IMG/VR virus record: IMGVR_UViG_3300017913_002143
Span: 1 to 64,000 of that record
Source of the DNA: a virus
Taxonomy: Duplodnaviria > Caudoviricetes
Direction: 5' to 3' (one strand)
Length of the DNA stretch: 64,000 nucleotides
The notes beneath the pieces were generated by a model, which saw nothing but the letters and a program-made list of their open reading frames with translations, had not been told where the DNA came from and made no database searches. A program made the position numbers and the translations under genes. This document shows positions 27,113 to 35,016 of the stretch, piece after piece. How positions within the stretch are numbered: the stretch's first letter is position 1; every line of letters begins with the position of its first letter.

Positions 27113-27725
27113 GACAGTTCATGTTATTGGTAACGGTGATGCTGTAAATTTTTATAATGAGGAGCAGAACCGCAAAGGATTAAAGTTGGTATGTAACATT
27201 CCTCCATTCAATGTTCCAGACCAATATGCAACTTGCATTGTAGACTTTAAGATGATGCAAACAATCGCAAAGGGTGAGATCAATCCTCCTGGTGAGTGGA
27301 TCTTGGGTATGAGACCTCAAGTTTACTGTCAACAGAATCCTGGTTTCCATATGAAAATTGCAAATAGAGTAAAAGAGTTTTATATAAAGAAGCCTTCATA
27401 TGCCAATAACTATACAGACTTTAACTGTGGCCACTTTGCTGTATATTATGCTGCACAGAAACTAAAAGCTGATCGTGTTCATATGTGGGGCTTTGATTCT
27501 ATCTTTGACTTCAACCTACGTTCATATACAGATCTTGTTCTTAATTCTGATAGAGGTAATATGAACAACCACAGGTTGACAGAGAACTGGAGACCTTTGT
27601 GGAAGAATATCTTCAACGACTTTTCTGATGGTCGTTGTGAATTCATTCTACATCACTTTCATGACCAGCTAAAGTTTAAAGTTGGTGATAATGTAAAAAT
27701 TGAAGTACATTCAAAAAAAGGTTGA
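27105..27725 (+). CDS. Putative glycosyltransferase (CstII/Maf-like fold)
   Basis: VHVIGNG near N-terminus and HMWGFD near C-terminus. Confidence 0.45.
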   Translation: MAKTVHVIGNGDAVNFYNEEQNRKGLKLVCNIPPFNVPDQYATCIVDFKMMQTIAKGEINPPGEWILGMRPQVYCQQNPGFHMKIANRVKEFYIKKPSYANNYTDFNCGHFAVYYAAQKLKADRVHMWGFDSIFDFNLRSYTDLVLNSDRGNMNNHRLTENWRPLWKNIFNDFSDGRCEFILHHFHDQLKFKVGDNVKIEVHSKKG

Positions 27726-27750
27726 CCCTATTTCAAATATGATGTATAAT
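27722..27750 (+). promoter_or_regulatory. Sigma70-type early promoter
   Basis: TTGACC-CTATTTCAAATATGATG-TATAAT. Confidence 0.8.
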
Positions 27751-27770
27751 ATTACTAGAGGAGTATTATT

Positions 27771-28199
27771 ATGATTGTATTATCTATTGAAGGTGGCACT
27801 AACAAAGAGCGTGAGATGGCTTATGAAGCTGTTAACTTTGCTCTGAAGACTTTGATGCCTCGTAAGAGAAATATTGAGATAGAAGTTACGATCACTGATA
27901 TTCCTGGTGATGCTGATGCATACCATTGTTGTATTGACAAAGGTGAGCATGAGCTTGAGATACAGACTGGTCTTATCGAAGAAGACTTTATGACAGCTGT
28001 GTTTCATGAAATGGTTCACGTTCGTCAACATGAGCGTGGATTGTTAAAAGATAATGGTATTCGTAAAGCCTGGAAGGGTGAAGAATATATCGGTATCTAC
28101 GATACAGTTGATACATATATGAACCTTCCATGGGAAGAAGAAGCATATAGGCTTCAAGAGGAGATATACACAAAATGGATCCAGACATCAAAATTGTAG
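27771..28199 (+). CDS. Zincin/SprT-like metallopeptidase
   Basis: FHEMVHVRQH (HExxH) and PWEEEAY motifs. Confidence 0.7.
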   Translation: MIVLSIEGGTNKEREMAYEAVNFALKTLMPRKRNIEIEVTITDIPGDADAYHCCIDKGEHELEIQTGLIEEDFMTAVFHEMVHVRQHERGLLKDNGIRKAWKGEEYIGIYDTVDTYMNLPWEEEAYRLQEEIYTKWIQTSKL

Positions 28200-28345
28200 A
28201 GAGACAGCTTGCAGAAGAAACTGCAGAGAAGTATTATCTAATCAAACGTGTCAAGGAATTGACAGAGGAAGTTGATAAGCTAAAGTATCGTCTACAGATG
28301 TTAGAAGATCCACCAACAATAAGCGGTGATGAAAAAAGTTGGTAA
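28175..28345 (+). CDS. Small coiled-coil hypothetical protein (56 aa)
   Basis: Read manually: MDPDIKIVERQLAEE...; GAGGAG upstream. Confidence 0.5.
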   Translation: MDPDIKIVERQLAEETAEKYYLIKRVKELTEEVDKLKYRLQMLEDPPTISGDEKSW

Positions 28346-28372
28346 AAAAATGAAAAAACTTCAAAAAAATGC

Positions 28373-28401
28373 TTGACCCTATTTGAAAAATGATGTATAA
28401 T
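28373..28401 (+). promoter_or_regulatory. Sigma70-type early promoter
   Basis: TTGACC-CTATTTGAAAAATGATG-TATAAT with A-tract UP element. Confidence 0.8.
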
Positions 28402-28432
28402 ATAAGGGTAGAGAGTTATTGAGGAGTTAGAA

Positions 28433-28588
28433 ATGAAAAATTATGATACGATTTTAGATGTTATTGGTCCTACTAAGAATGCTGTAGAAGGTGTAGAAGC
28501 CATCATGAAGGCTTTCGATGTAGATAAGAAGACAGCTGAAGAGCTGCTTGACAAGGCAATTGATTATATCAACAACTTTCAGTATTAA
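28433..28588 (+). CDS. Small early hypothetical protein (51 aa)
   Basis: GAGGAG SD; MKNYDTILDVIGPTK... Confidence 0.55.
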   Translation: MKNYDTILDVIGPTKNAVEGVEAIMKAFDVDKKTAEELLDKAIDYINNFQY

Positions 28589-28602
28589 TAGAGGAGTTAA
28601 TT

Positions 28603-28920
28603 ATGGAAAAAGCATTAGTAGATTATATCGTAGCACAGCGCGCTGAAGCAGAAGCATTCACAGCAGCTGCACCTGGTAACTTCATGGGTAAACTTCCATG
28701 TCATACTGATACTGCTTATTGGTCAGAGCGTGTACCTTCTGGTACTCTTGCTGAGTTCCAGCGTACTGAGCTGGAAGAGGCAGCTTACTACTTAGCTGCT
28801 GATGCAATGAGCAAGTCTTATGCTCGCTTCATTAGCGATAAGTTGTCAGATATGTCTGACGAGGAGTTGGAGCACTTCTGTGATCAGATGGGTCAACTTA
28901 TGAAAGCGGATGCTGCATAA
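28603..28920 (+). CDS. Hypothetical early protein
   Basis: GAGGAG SD; 105 aa. Confidence 0.55.
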   Translation: MEKALVDYIVAQRAEAEAFTAAAPGNFMGKLPCHTDTAYWSERVPSGTLAEFQRTELEEAAYYLAADAMSKSYARFISDKLSDMSDEELEHFCDQMGQLMKADAA

Positions 28921-29138
28921 TGTTACCGTTTGGTTTTTTACAGTTCTCTATCGATGGTTGGCAGTATCGTACTGATATTGAAGAAGATCCATATGATCGC
29001 ACTCGTAAGATATGGCATTGTCTTGTAGATCCTGAAGGTGTACATCATTATGAGATAGATAATGTTATGGGTCCTTATAAGACAGCAACGAGAGAAACAG
29101 TTCGGGATATTATATCGTATACAAAGTTTCGGTTATAG
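28920..29138 (+). CDS. Hypothetical protein
   Basis: Coupled ORF (TAATG). Confidence 0.5.
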   Translation: MLPFGFLQFSIDGWQYRTDIEEDPYDRTRKIWHCLVDPEGVHHYEIDNVMGPYKTATRETVRDIISYTKFRL

Positions 29139-29147
29139 GTTTACAGA

Positions 29148-29366
29148 CGGTTGGACGATAGAAACCTATAACCGATAGAAATTCCAGTGAGGTAGAGCAA
29201 CTTAGCTCCTCTCTCAGCTCCCTCGCTGGAAACTTTATAAATAAAGACGTCAAGTTGAAATCCTTGACATAACACAAAGGAGAATGCACCCAGCACGTAT
29301 ACACTGGCTCTGCTACATTTGAGGGTGATGCCTAAATACATCCGCGGTGGCCTATGGTTAGCCACC
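29148..29366 (+). ncRNA. Candidate structured RNA/regulatory intergenic element
   Basis: Four hairpins (29148-29174, 29182-29231, 29249-29268, 29346-29366) around a late promoter; no known family recognised. Confidence 0.3.
29236..29243 (+). promoter_or_regulatory. T4 late promoter
   Basis: Exact TATAAATA in an intergenic region. Confidence 0.7.
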
Positions 29367-29386
29367 ATCTAACTTTGGAGAAACAG

Positions 29387-29605
29387 ATGATTGAAGGCAT
29401 TTTATTTTTAGGTCTGATTGCATGGGGCAACACAGACTTTTTCAACGCAAAGGTTGAGAACGAGGCAAACGGATACACATATTGGGAAAAGCTAGAGCCA
29501 TGCAGAGCTCCAAGTGATGAACCAGGTGTATATTCAATGCCAATTGAAACACCGATCGGAAACAAATACGTATGCTACAAGCAGACCAAAAGACCCCAGC
29601 AGTAA
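29387..29605 (+). CDS. Small membrane-anchored hypothetical protein
   Basis: GGAG SD; hydrophobic N-terminus; two Cys. Confidence 0.5.
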   Translation: MIEGILFLGLIAWGNTDFFNAKVENEANGYTYWEKLEPCRAPSDEPGVYSMPIETPIGNKYVCYKQTKRPQQ

Positions 29606-29737
29606 AACTATATGATTTGATGATCATATCTCCATTTGCTTGGGTGATTAGTCAATCATTGATAACGGGTAATATACTGTTCATGCTGTTGGCATATTCT
29701 TTGTTTATGACATACGCATACAAGAGGAGAGAATATT

Positions 29738-30001
29738 ATGGCTGATGATTTCTTTGACTTTGGATTCACAGCAGTTGACGAGTCGGAGCTTGATGCTGTA
29801 AAGCAAGCCAAAGATACAGCTGAGAAGATGGCTGTTGGTGTTGATGCAACTCAAGATAAGATTGATCGTTTGTATAACGCAATCACACCTCTACTGAATA
29901 ACCTCAAGAAGAATCCAGAGAAAGAATATATTCTCTGGCCTAACCGTGTTGAGAAGGTTGATCAGTTTGAGGATATGCTCAGAAAAATCTATAACTCATA
30001 A
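29738..30001 (+). CDS. Conserved hypothetical protein of T4-like phages
   Basis: DFGFTAVDESEL...PLLNNLKKNPEKEYILWPNR motif; GAGGAG SD. Confidence 0.6.
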   Translation: MADDFFDFGFTAVDESELDAVKQAKDTAEKMAVGVDATQDKIDRLYNAITPLLNNLKKNPEKEYILWPNRVEKVDQFEDMLRKIYNS

Positions 30002-30010
30002 AAATAATTG

Positions 30011-30039
30011 TTGACCTTATTTCAAAAATATGGGATAAT
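30011..30039 (+). promoter_or_regulatory. Sigma70-type promoter
   Basis: TTGACC-TTATTTCAAAAATATGG-GATAAT. Confidence 0.65.
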
Positions 30040-30071
30040 GTATTATCTGTTATTTTTATGAGGAGTTTATT

Positions 30072-30293
30072 ATGCAGACCCGTGAAGAAAGATTAGAGCT
30101 TATTCGTAAGGCATCTAAAAAATTCTCAAAGAAACTGAAACGTAACCAACGTGTCCGTAAGACCGAGACGCGTTCCTTTGACAAATATGATAATGGAAAT
30201 ATCAATGCTTGGACTGATGCGTCTCAGTATGCGGAAAAGTATTATGGCAATGCTTACCGCGATACTGTTAATTATGATAACGACTGGAACTAA
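30072..30293 (+). CDS. Basic hypothetical protein
   Basis: GAGGAG SD; 73 aa. Confidence 0.55.
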   Translation: MQTREERLELIRKASKKFSKKLKRNQRVRKTETRSFDKYDNGNINAWTDASQYAEKYYGNAYRDTVNYDNDWN

Positions 30294-30543
30294 GGCTGAG
30301 CTTGGTCAAGAGTGTAAGTATGTCAAGACTGTCGAGACTGATAAGTGGGGACGTACTAACAGTGAACAGAGATACGAATGTAAAACAGCTCCACGAGAAG
30401 TTGTCACAAAGACAGAAGTTATCAAAGTTCAGTCATGTTTGAAGTTGGTTCTATTTGGTGTTGAATGTGATCCGTGGGAACCTGAAGGTGCAGAAGTAGC
30501 TAAAGGCTTACAGATGATATTCAGCTTGGGAATTATACAATGA
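30244..30543 (+). CDS. Secreted hypothetical protein
   Basis: Signal-peptide-like MAMLTAILLIMITTGTKA; four Cys; start uncertain. Confidence 0.45.
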   Translation: MAMLTAILLIMITTGTKAELGQECKYVKTVETDKWGRTNSEQRYECKTAPREVVTKTEVIKVQSCLKLVLFGVECDPWEPEGAEVAKGLQMIFSLGIIQ

Positions 30544-30665
30544 TTAAGATTATGTTAGGTTTTATTGTTGGCGTATGTACAATAATATTTTATCCAGACT
30601 TACTAACGTATGTTATTGATTCTGGTATTCGTGATGCAATGATTGAAAGGTTAGAACAGTTATGA
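30540..30665 (+). CDS. Small single-pass membrane protein (41 aa)
   Basis: Read manually: MIKIMLGFIVGVCTIIFYPDLL...; ATGA overlaps on both sides. Confidence 0.5.
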   Translation: MIKIMLGFIVGVCTIIFYPDLLTYVIDSGIRDAMIERLEQL

Positions 30666-31300
30666 AAAGGTTTATTGCACCATTAGCAGCTCTGTCTGCA
30701 TTAGCGGCTTGTGCTGATAAAGATATTCCACCTGAAGGTACTATGACTCATGCTGAGTTTGAATATCGTACAGAACAAGTTGAAGAACAACTAAAGATCA
30801 TGCCTAAGTGGTATGAGAAAATGCCGGAGTCTGATGATGCTGTATTTGCTGTTGGCACGTCCCAAACACCCGATCTACAACTTTCAGTTGATATGGCTAT
30901 TCTAGCTGCCAAGACTACTCTTGCTGATCGTGTAGACTCAAAGCTGCGTTCTCAGCTGAAGTCATTCAAGAAGAGGATTGGCCAATCTGACTTTGACTCT
31001 AATGTTATTCAGGAGTTTGAGCAAGCTACTGTTAACTTGATTGCTGATGCTGACGTTGCTGGTTATGTGGTCAAAGAACAACAGATTGTTCAGAATGGTA
31101 CACAGTATCGTGCATATGTCTTGCTCGAGTATAAGAATGAACTTGCAATGCAGATCATTAAGACTCGTGTAGCACAGAACCAAGAGCTGCTATCTAAGTT
31201 AGAAGCACGCCGTGCATTTGATGAGCTTGATGAAAAGGTTGAAGCTCAGAAGAGTGAAGAGTTAGCACAGCTTGAGGTTATCGCTGGAGCATCCGAATGA
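30662..31300 (+). CDS. Lipoprotein, LPP20-like
   Basis: Lipobox LAAC at residues 15-18; MPKWY and FAVGTSQT motifs. Confidence 0.65.
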   Translation: MKRFIAPLAALSALAACADKDIPPEGTMTHAEFEYRTEQVEEQLKIMPKWYEKMPESDDAVFAVGTSQTPDLQLSVDMAILAAKTTLADRVDSKLRSQLKSFKKRIGQSDFDSNVIQEFEQATVNLIADADVAGYVVKEQQIVQNGTQYRAYVLLEYKNELAMQIIKTRVAQNQELLSKLEARRAFDELDEKVEAQKSEELAQLEVIAGASE

Positions 31301-31524
31301 TCCCAGTAATGTCTGGGGATAGGATGAACACCTACAGAGTCTTCCAAGGCGAGATTGATCGTATGGAAGCTCTGAGAGGTGGTCGAGAGAACTTTAGTGG
31401 TATTGATATCTTAGTAATTGGTTACATGCAATCCCGCATGAGAGAGATGGAGGAAAAAGGACATGGCTGGAAAGACGAAGAAGTCAATTCGGATGAAACA
31501 ACTAGCGGAACAACCTCAACCTAA
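31297..31524 (+). CDS. Hypothetical protein
   Basis: ATGA-coupled ORF. Confidence 0.4.
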   Translation: MIPVMSGDRMNTYRVFQGEIDRMEALRGGRENFSGIDILVIGYMQSRMREMEEKGHGWKDEEVNSDETTSGTTST

Positions 31525-32044
31525 ACTGAGGAAGAAGCGCAAGCCTATGACTGCTGAGCAGAAAGCTGCTGCAGCTGAACGTCTTGCAAAGGCTAGGGCT
31601 AATCGTAAGAAGACTGCTGGTCCTCCAAAGAATGTCCATCCATCTGTTGTTGCATTACCAGATGAGAATCTGTTGAGTCTGCAAAGTGTTCGTGGTTGGA
31701 TCAAGCATAACAAAGAACTCTTGTCAGAAGAACGAAGAGCTCTTCGCGCTGGTGTGAAAGGTGCTGAGTCTAAAGTAGCTGGTATTGAAGGTTACATTAG
31801 AAACATGGAACACTACATCCGTACGGGTGATTGGGTTGATTGGTTCTATGGTAAAGAGCAACAGAATAGAATCCGATACAAGTGTATTGCAATGGCGTAT
31901 CACTGGGAAGGTCCTCATAAGGGTGAACCAAAGCGAGATGCTAATGTAGTCTATCCAGATGTGGGTCTATGGACTCAAGAAATGCACGAAGATTATTATG
32001 GGCTACCAGAAGTGCCTGTAAAGAAGAAGAGGAAGAAGGCATGA
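31463..32044 (+). CDS. Basic conserved hypothetical protein upstream of gp33
   Basis: KPMTAEQKAAAAERLAKAR...YIRNMEHYIRTGDW motifs. Confidence 0.55.
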   Translation: MAGKTKKSIRMKQLAEQPQPKLRKKRKPMTAEQKAAAAERLAKARANRKKTAGPPKNVHPSVVALPDENLLSLQSVRGWIKHNKELLSEERRALRAGVKGAESKVAGIEGYIRNMEHYIRTGDWVDWFYGKEQQNRIRYKCIAMAYHWEGPHKGEPKRDANVVYPDVGLWTQEMHEDYYGLPEVPVKKKRKKA

Positions 32045-32283
32045 GTGTAGAAGAGAAGTTCTTAAACAAGGCTCGCTTTTCAAAGTTAGTTGAAACTGAA
32101 GTCATTCAGAAATCTATTGGCTACATGGAAGCCATACTCATTTTATGTGAGGCAAATAATATTGATCCAGAAGATGTCAAGAAGTTTATCTCACCAGGAA
32201 TCAAGAGCAAGTTGGAAGCAGAGGCTATGTCTCTTAACTTCTTGCCTAAAACAAATTCAATAGATTCAGCTCTATTCGAATAA
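32041..32283 (+). CDS. gp33: Late transcription coactivator gp33
   Basis: YMEAILILCEANNIDPEDVKKFIS...KSKLEAEAMSLNFL; position before gp32. Confidence 0.85.
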   Translation: MSVEEKFLNKARFSKLVETEVIQKSIGYMEAILILCEANNIDPEDVKKFISPGIKSKLEAEAMSLNFLPKTNSIDSALFE

Positions 32284-32288
32284 ATATG

Positions 32289-32317
32289 TTTACTATATAC
32301 AGTATACATGGTATAAT
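32289..32317 (+). promoter_or_regulatory. Sigma70-type promoter of gp32
   Basis: TTTACT-17 bp-TATAAT. Confidence 0.65.
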
Positions 32318-32355
32318 ACTACAGCTAATATTTCAGTAAAAATAAGGATAATACA

Positions 32356-33261
32356 ATGTCATTTGAAAACCTAAAACGCAATCGCGACCAAATCTCTAAA
32401 CTCGTTCAAGCTGCAGAGCAAGCTGGTGGTGGTACACAACCACAACAGAATAACAACTACCAGGATGAACGTATTTGGAAACCAACCGTAGACAAGGCAG
32501 GCAATGGATACGCAGTCCTCAGATTCTTACCAGCAGCAGAAGGACAAGACCTTCCGTGGGTACGATACTGGGATCACGGATTCAAAGGACCCACAGGTCT
32601 ATGGTATATCGAAAACAGCCTTACTTCTATTGGACAGGCTGATCCAGTTGGTGAACTCAACTCACGACTCTGGAACTCAGGCATCGATGCCGACAAAGAG
32701 AAAGCACGTTCACAAAAGCGCAGACTCCATTACGTAGCCAACGTACTTGTTATGCAGGATCCATCCAATCCTGTTAACGAAGGCAAAGTAATGCTTTTCA
32801 AATTTGGTAAGAAGATCTTTGACAAACTGATGGATGTTATGCAGCCTCAGTTTGCAGATGAGACTCCTGTCAATCCATTTGATATGTGGGAAGGTGCAGA
32901 CTTTAAACTCAAGATTCGTAATGTTGAAGGATATCGTAATTATGATAAGTCAGAATTTTCAGGAGTTTCTGCTCTCCATGGTGGAGACGAATCCCAGCTG
33001 GAAGCTGTCTATAACCAACTACATGACCTCGGTGAGTTCACCGATCCCAAGAACTATAAAACGTATGACGAGCTGAAAGCTAAGTTGATGCGTGTGTTGG
33101 GTGAGGAGACTGAGATGGGTGCACCTACAGTTGCACAGATGAATCAGGTTAATGAACCTGCACCATCACCTATGTCCGAGCCTGTAACAGCTGCAGAGAT
33201 GAATACGTCAGATGATGACGATACAATGTCATACTTTGCTAAGTTGGCTAACGACGATTAA
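32356..33261 (+). CDS. gp32: Single-stranded DNA-binding protein gp32
   Basis: GNGYAVLRFLP, WYIENSLTSIG, FKFGKKIFDK, NPFDMWEGADFKLKI, acidic tail ending YFAKLA. Confidence 0.95.
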   Translation: MSFENLKRNRDQISKLVQAAEQAGGGTQPQQNNNYQDERIWKPTVDKAGNGYAVLRFLPAAEGQDLPWVRYWDHGFKGPTGLWYIENSLTSIGQADPVGELNSRLWNSGIDADKEKARSQKRRLHYVANVLVMQDPSNPVNEGKVMLFKFGKKIFDKLMDVMQPQFADETPVNPFDMWEGADFKLKIRNVEGYRNYDKSEFSGVSALHGGDESQLEAVYNQLHDLGEFTDPKNYKTYDELKAKLMRVLGEETEMGAPTVAQMNQVNEPAPSPMSEPVTAAEMNTSDDDDTMSYFAKLANDD

Positions 33262-34787
33262 TCACTAGTGAATCTACGATGTGCAGAACTTGGCCTGTTG
33301 CCACTAAAGATGACGGGATTTGAGTTCTGCACAGTCGTTTGTGTAGGAGCATTTACAATATTTTGTCTAATGCCCTTTTGTTGAGCTATCTGTTCTTCTA
33401 ACTGACTTATACGATTAGCTCGAGCCACTGATACAGTACCACTATATCCAGAATAACGATTGCCTTGTACGTTAGCTAATTGTTGCTCTAGGATTGCAAT
33501 TCTGTTTTCAGTTTGATCAAGCAGTTGATTTTGTTGAGTAGATAAAGATGATCTAACTGCTTCAACTGCAGCTGCTGAGGCAGCTGCCGCTGCTTCTTCT
33601 TCACTTGGTAAGTTACTGAGAGTAGCATTTATCATATCATTTGTAGCATCAACAACAGCTTCGTTACTTTTAGTAGTTGCATTCAAAACACTATTAATCT
33701 GTCTAACCAATTGTCCTGAGCTCAAACCTTCTGTATCAATACCAAGTCCACTAGCAATAGCTTGTTTATCTTCAAGAGTTCTAGCTCCAAGTAATTGAGC
33801 TCTTGTTGCTGCAACTTGTTCTAGTTGTTTTCGTGCTGCTGCATCTTTTTGTAGTTGAGCTTGACCACTATCAGTTTGTAGCATTGCAGCTTCAGCTCTT
33901 GCTCTTTCTGCTTCAGTAATTATCAAATCACCAAGACCAATTTTTTCTAGTCCTGCATTAAGCGTTTCTTTACCAAACTCTATCACGCTTTGTATGGATG
34001 CTATAATACTATCCATCACATTTGATATGGCTGCTCCCATTTTACCAAATGCTTCATCTACAATTTTTTTATACTCTTCATCTGTATTGTATCTGATAAT
34101 GTAAGTTGATATCTCAAACAAACTTGCTGCAACAGCACCAATAATTGCTCCAATGGGACCACCAACAATTGCCCCAGCAGCTGCACCTGTTGCAATATTA
34201 CCAAGTGATTGTGCTACATCACCTAACAGAATTGCAGTTGAATTTTCAAAGTTATAATCTCTAGCAGCTTTTTCTACAGCATCACCAAACGTCTTAGATA
34301 AGACTAAGCCCGCTCCTGCTATTACTCCTACAAGGCCACCTTTCAACCCACCAACTATTAATCCAGCACCACCACCAATAATCATGCCTTGTACAAGGTC
34401 AGATATAGTACTATCTTCAACCATTCCAATAGCTTCAGTTATTTCATCAGCTAAGAATATCAGAGCAGCTCCCAAGACTCCTTTAGTGAATAAACCTTTA
34501 ATGATTGATTTTGCTAAACCAATTGGATTATCAAACAATCCACCAAACAATCGTGCACCACCATCATCCGTTGCTTTAGTTACTTGAGCAGCTGATTGAG
34601 TTTGTTGAGCTCTATTTGCTTCACGCTCAGCTTCAAGTTGTTTTAATTCTTCTTCTTGGTATCGTTTACGATAGTCTGATGTATAGTCAGCCCACATTTG
34701 TGCTAACGCATCTATCTTAGCATCAGACTGTCGTGCAATCTGATTACTAGCCATTAGTGTATTGTTAATATCAGCTAATGTCGCCAT
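33258..34787 (-). CDS. Tape-measure-like protein (gp29 analogue)
   Basis: 509 aa helical with Gly/Ala-rich hydrophobic stretches; lies downstream of gp26/gp51. Confidence 0.6.
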   Translation of the reverse strand: MATLADINNTLMASNQIARQSDAKIDALAQMWADYTSDYRKRYQEEELKQLEAEREANRAQQTQSAAQVTKATDDGGARLFGGLFDNPIGLAKSIIKGLFTKGVLGAALIFLADEITEAIGMVEDSTISDLVQGMIIGGGAGLIVGGLKGGLVGVIAGAGLVLSKTFGDAVEKAARDYNFENSTAILLGDVAQSLGNIATGAAAGAIVGGPIGAIIGAVAASLFEISTYIIRYNTDEEYKKIVDEAFGKMGAAISNVMDSIIASIQSVIEFGKETLNAGLEKIGLGDLIITEAERARAEAAMLQTDSGQAQLQKDAAARKQLEQVAATRAQLLGARTLEDKQAIASGLGIDTEGLSSGQLVRQINSVLNATTKSNEAVVDATNDMINATLSNLPSEEEAAAAASAAAVEAVRSSLSTQQNQLLDQTENRIAILEQQLANVQGNRYSGYSGTVSVARANRISQLEEQIAQQKGIRQNIVNAPTQTTVQNSNPVIFSGNRPSSAHRRFTSD

Positions 34788-34791
34788 TTTA

Positions 34792-35016
34792 TTATCCTTG
34801 TTGCTTTGCAGCTTTCTCTTCTAAGTGTTGCAATAACATAGTAATATAAATTTCTCTTTCCCACGGTATCATTTCATCTAATTCACTCAATGAATAATGA
34901 AAATTATTTAACAGCTGAAAATTAGTTCTGTAATAATTTTCAAGATTGTCATGAGAAAGATTTAGAAAAAAAAATCTTCTAATCCAGTTATAGTTCTCTC
35001 GTTGACTGTTCCACAT
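34792..35016 (-). CDS. gp51: Baseplate hub assembly protein gp51 (probably expressed as a -1 frameshift extension of gp26)
   Basis: LENYYRTNFQLLNNFHYSLSELDEMIPWEREIY motif; no ATG near the conserved N-terminus. Confidence 0.75.
   Translation of the reverse strand: MWNSQRENYNWIRRFFFLNLSHDNLENYYRTNFQLLNNFHYSLSELDEMIPWEREIYITMLLQHLEEKAAKQQG

Noticed and set aside
18119-27725. GT cluster as a T4-style DNA hypermodification (glucosyl-hmC) system
   Set aside because: No dCMP hydroxymethylase or alpha/beta-glucosyltransferase motifs in the window; the GT families seen (GT8/GT25-like) act on glycans. The rest of the genome is unseen, so this is not formally excluded.
29340-29370. GCCACCA as a tRNA or tmRNA 3' end
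   Set aside because: No T-loop (GTTCRA) or cloverleaf could be built; it is a simple hairpin.
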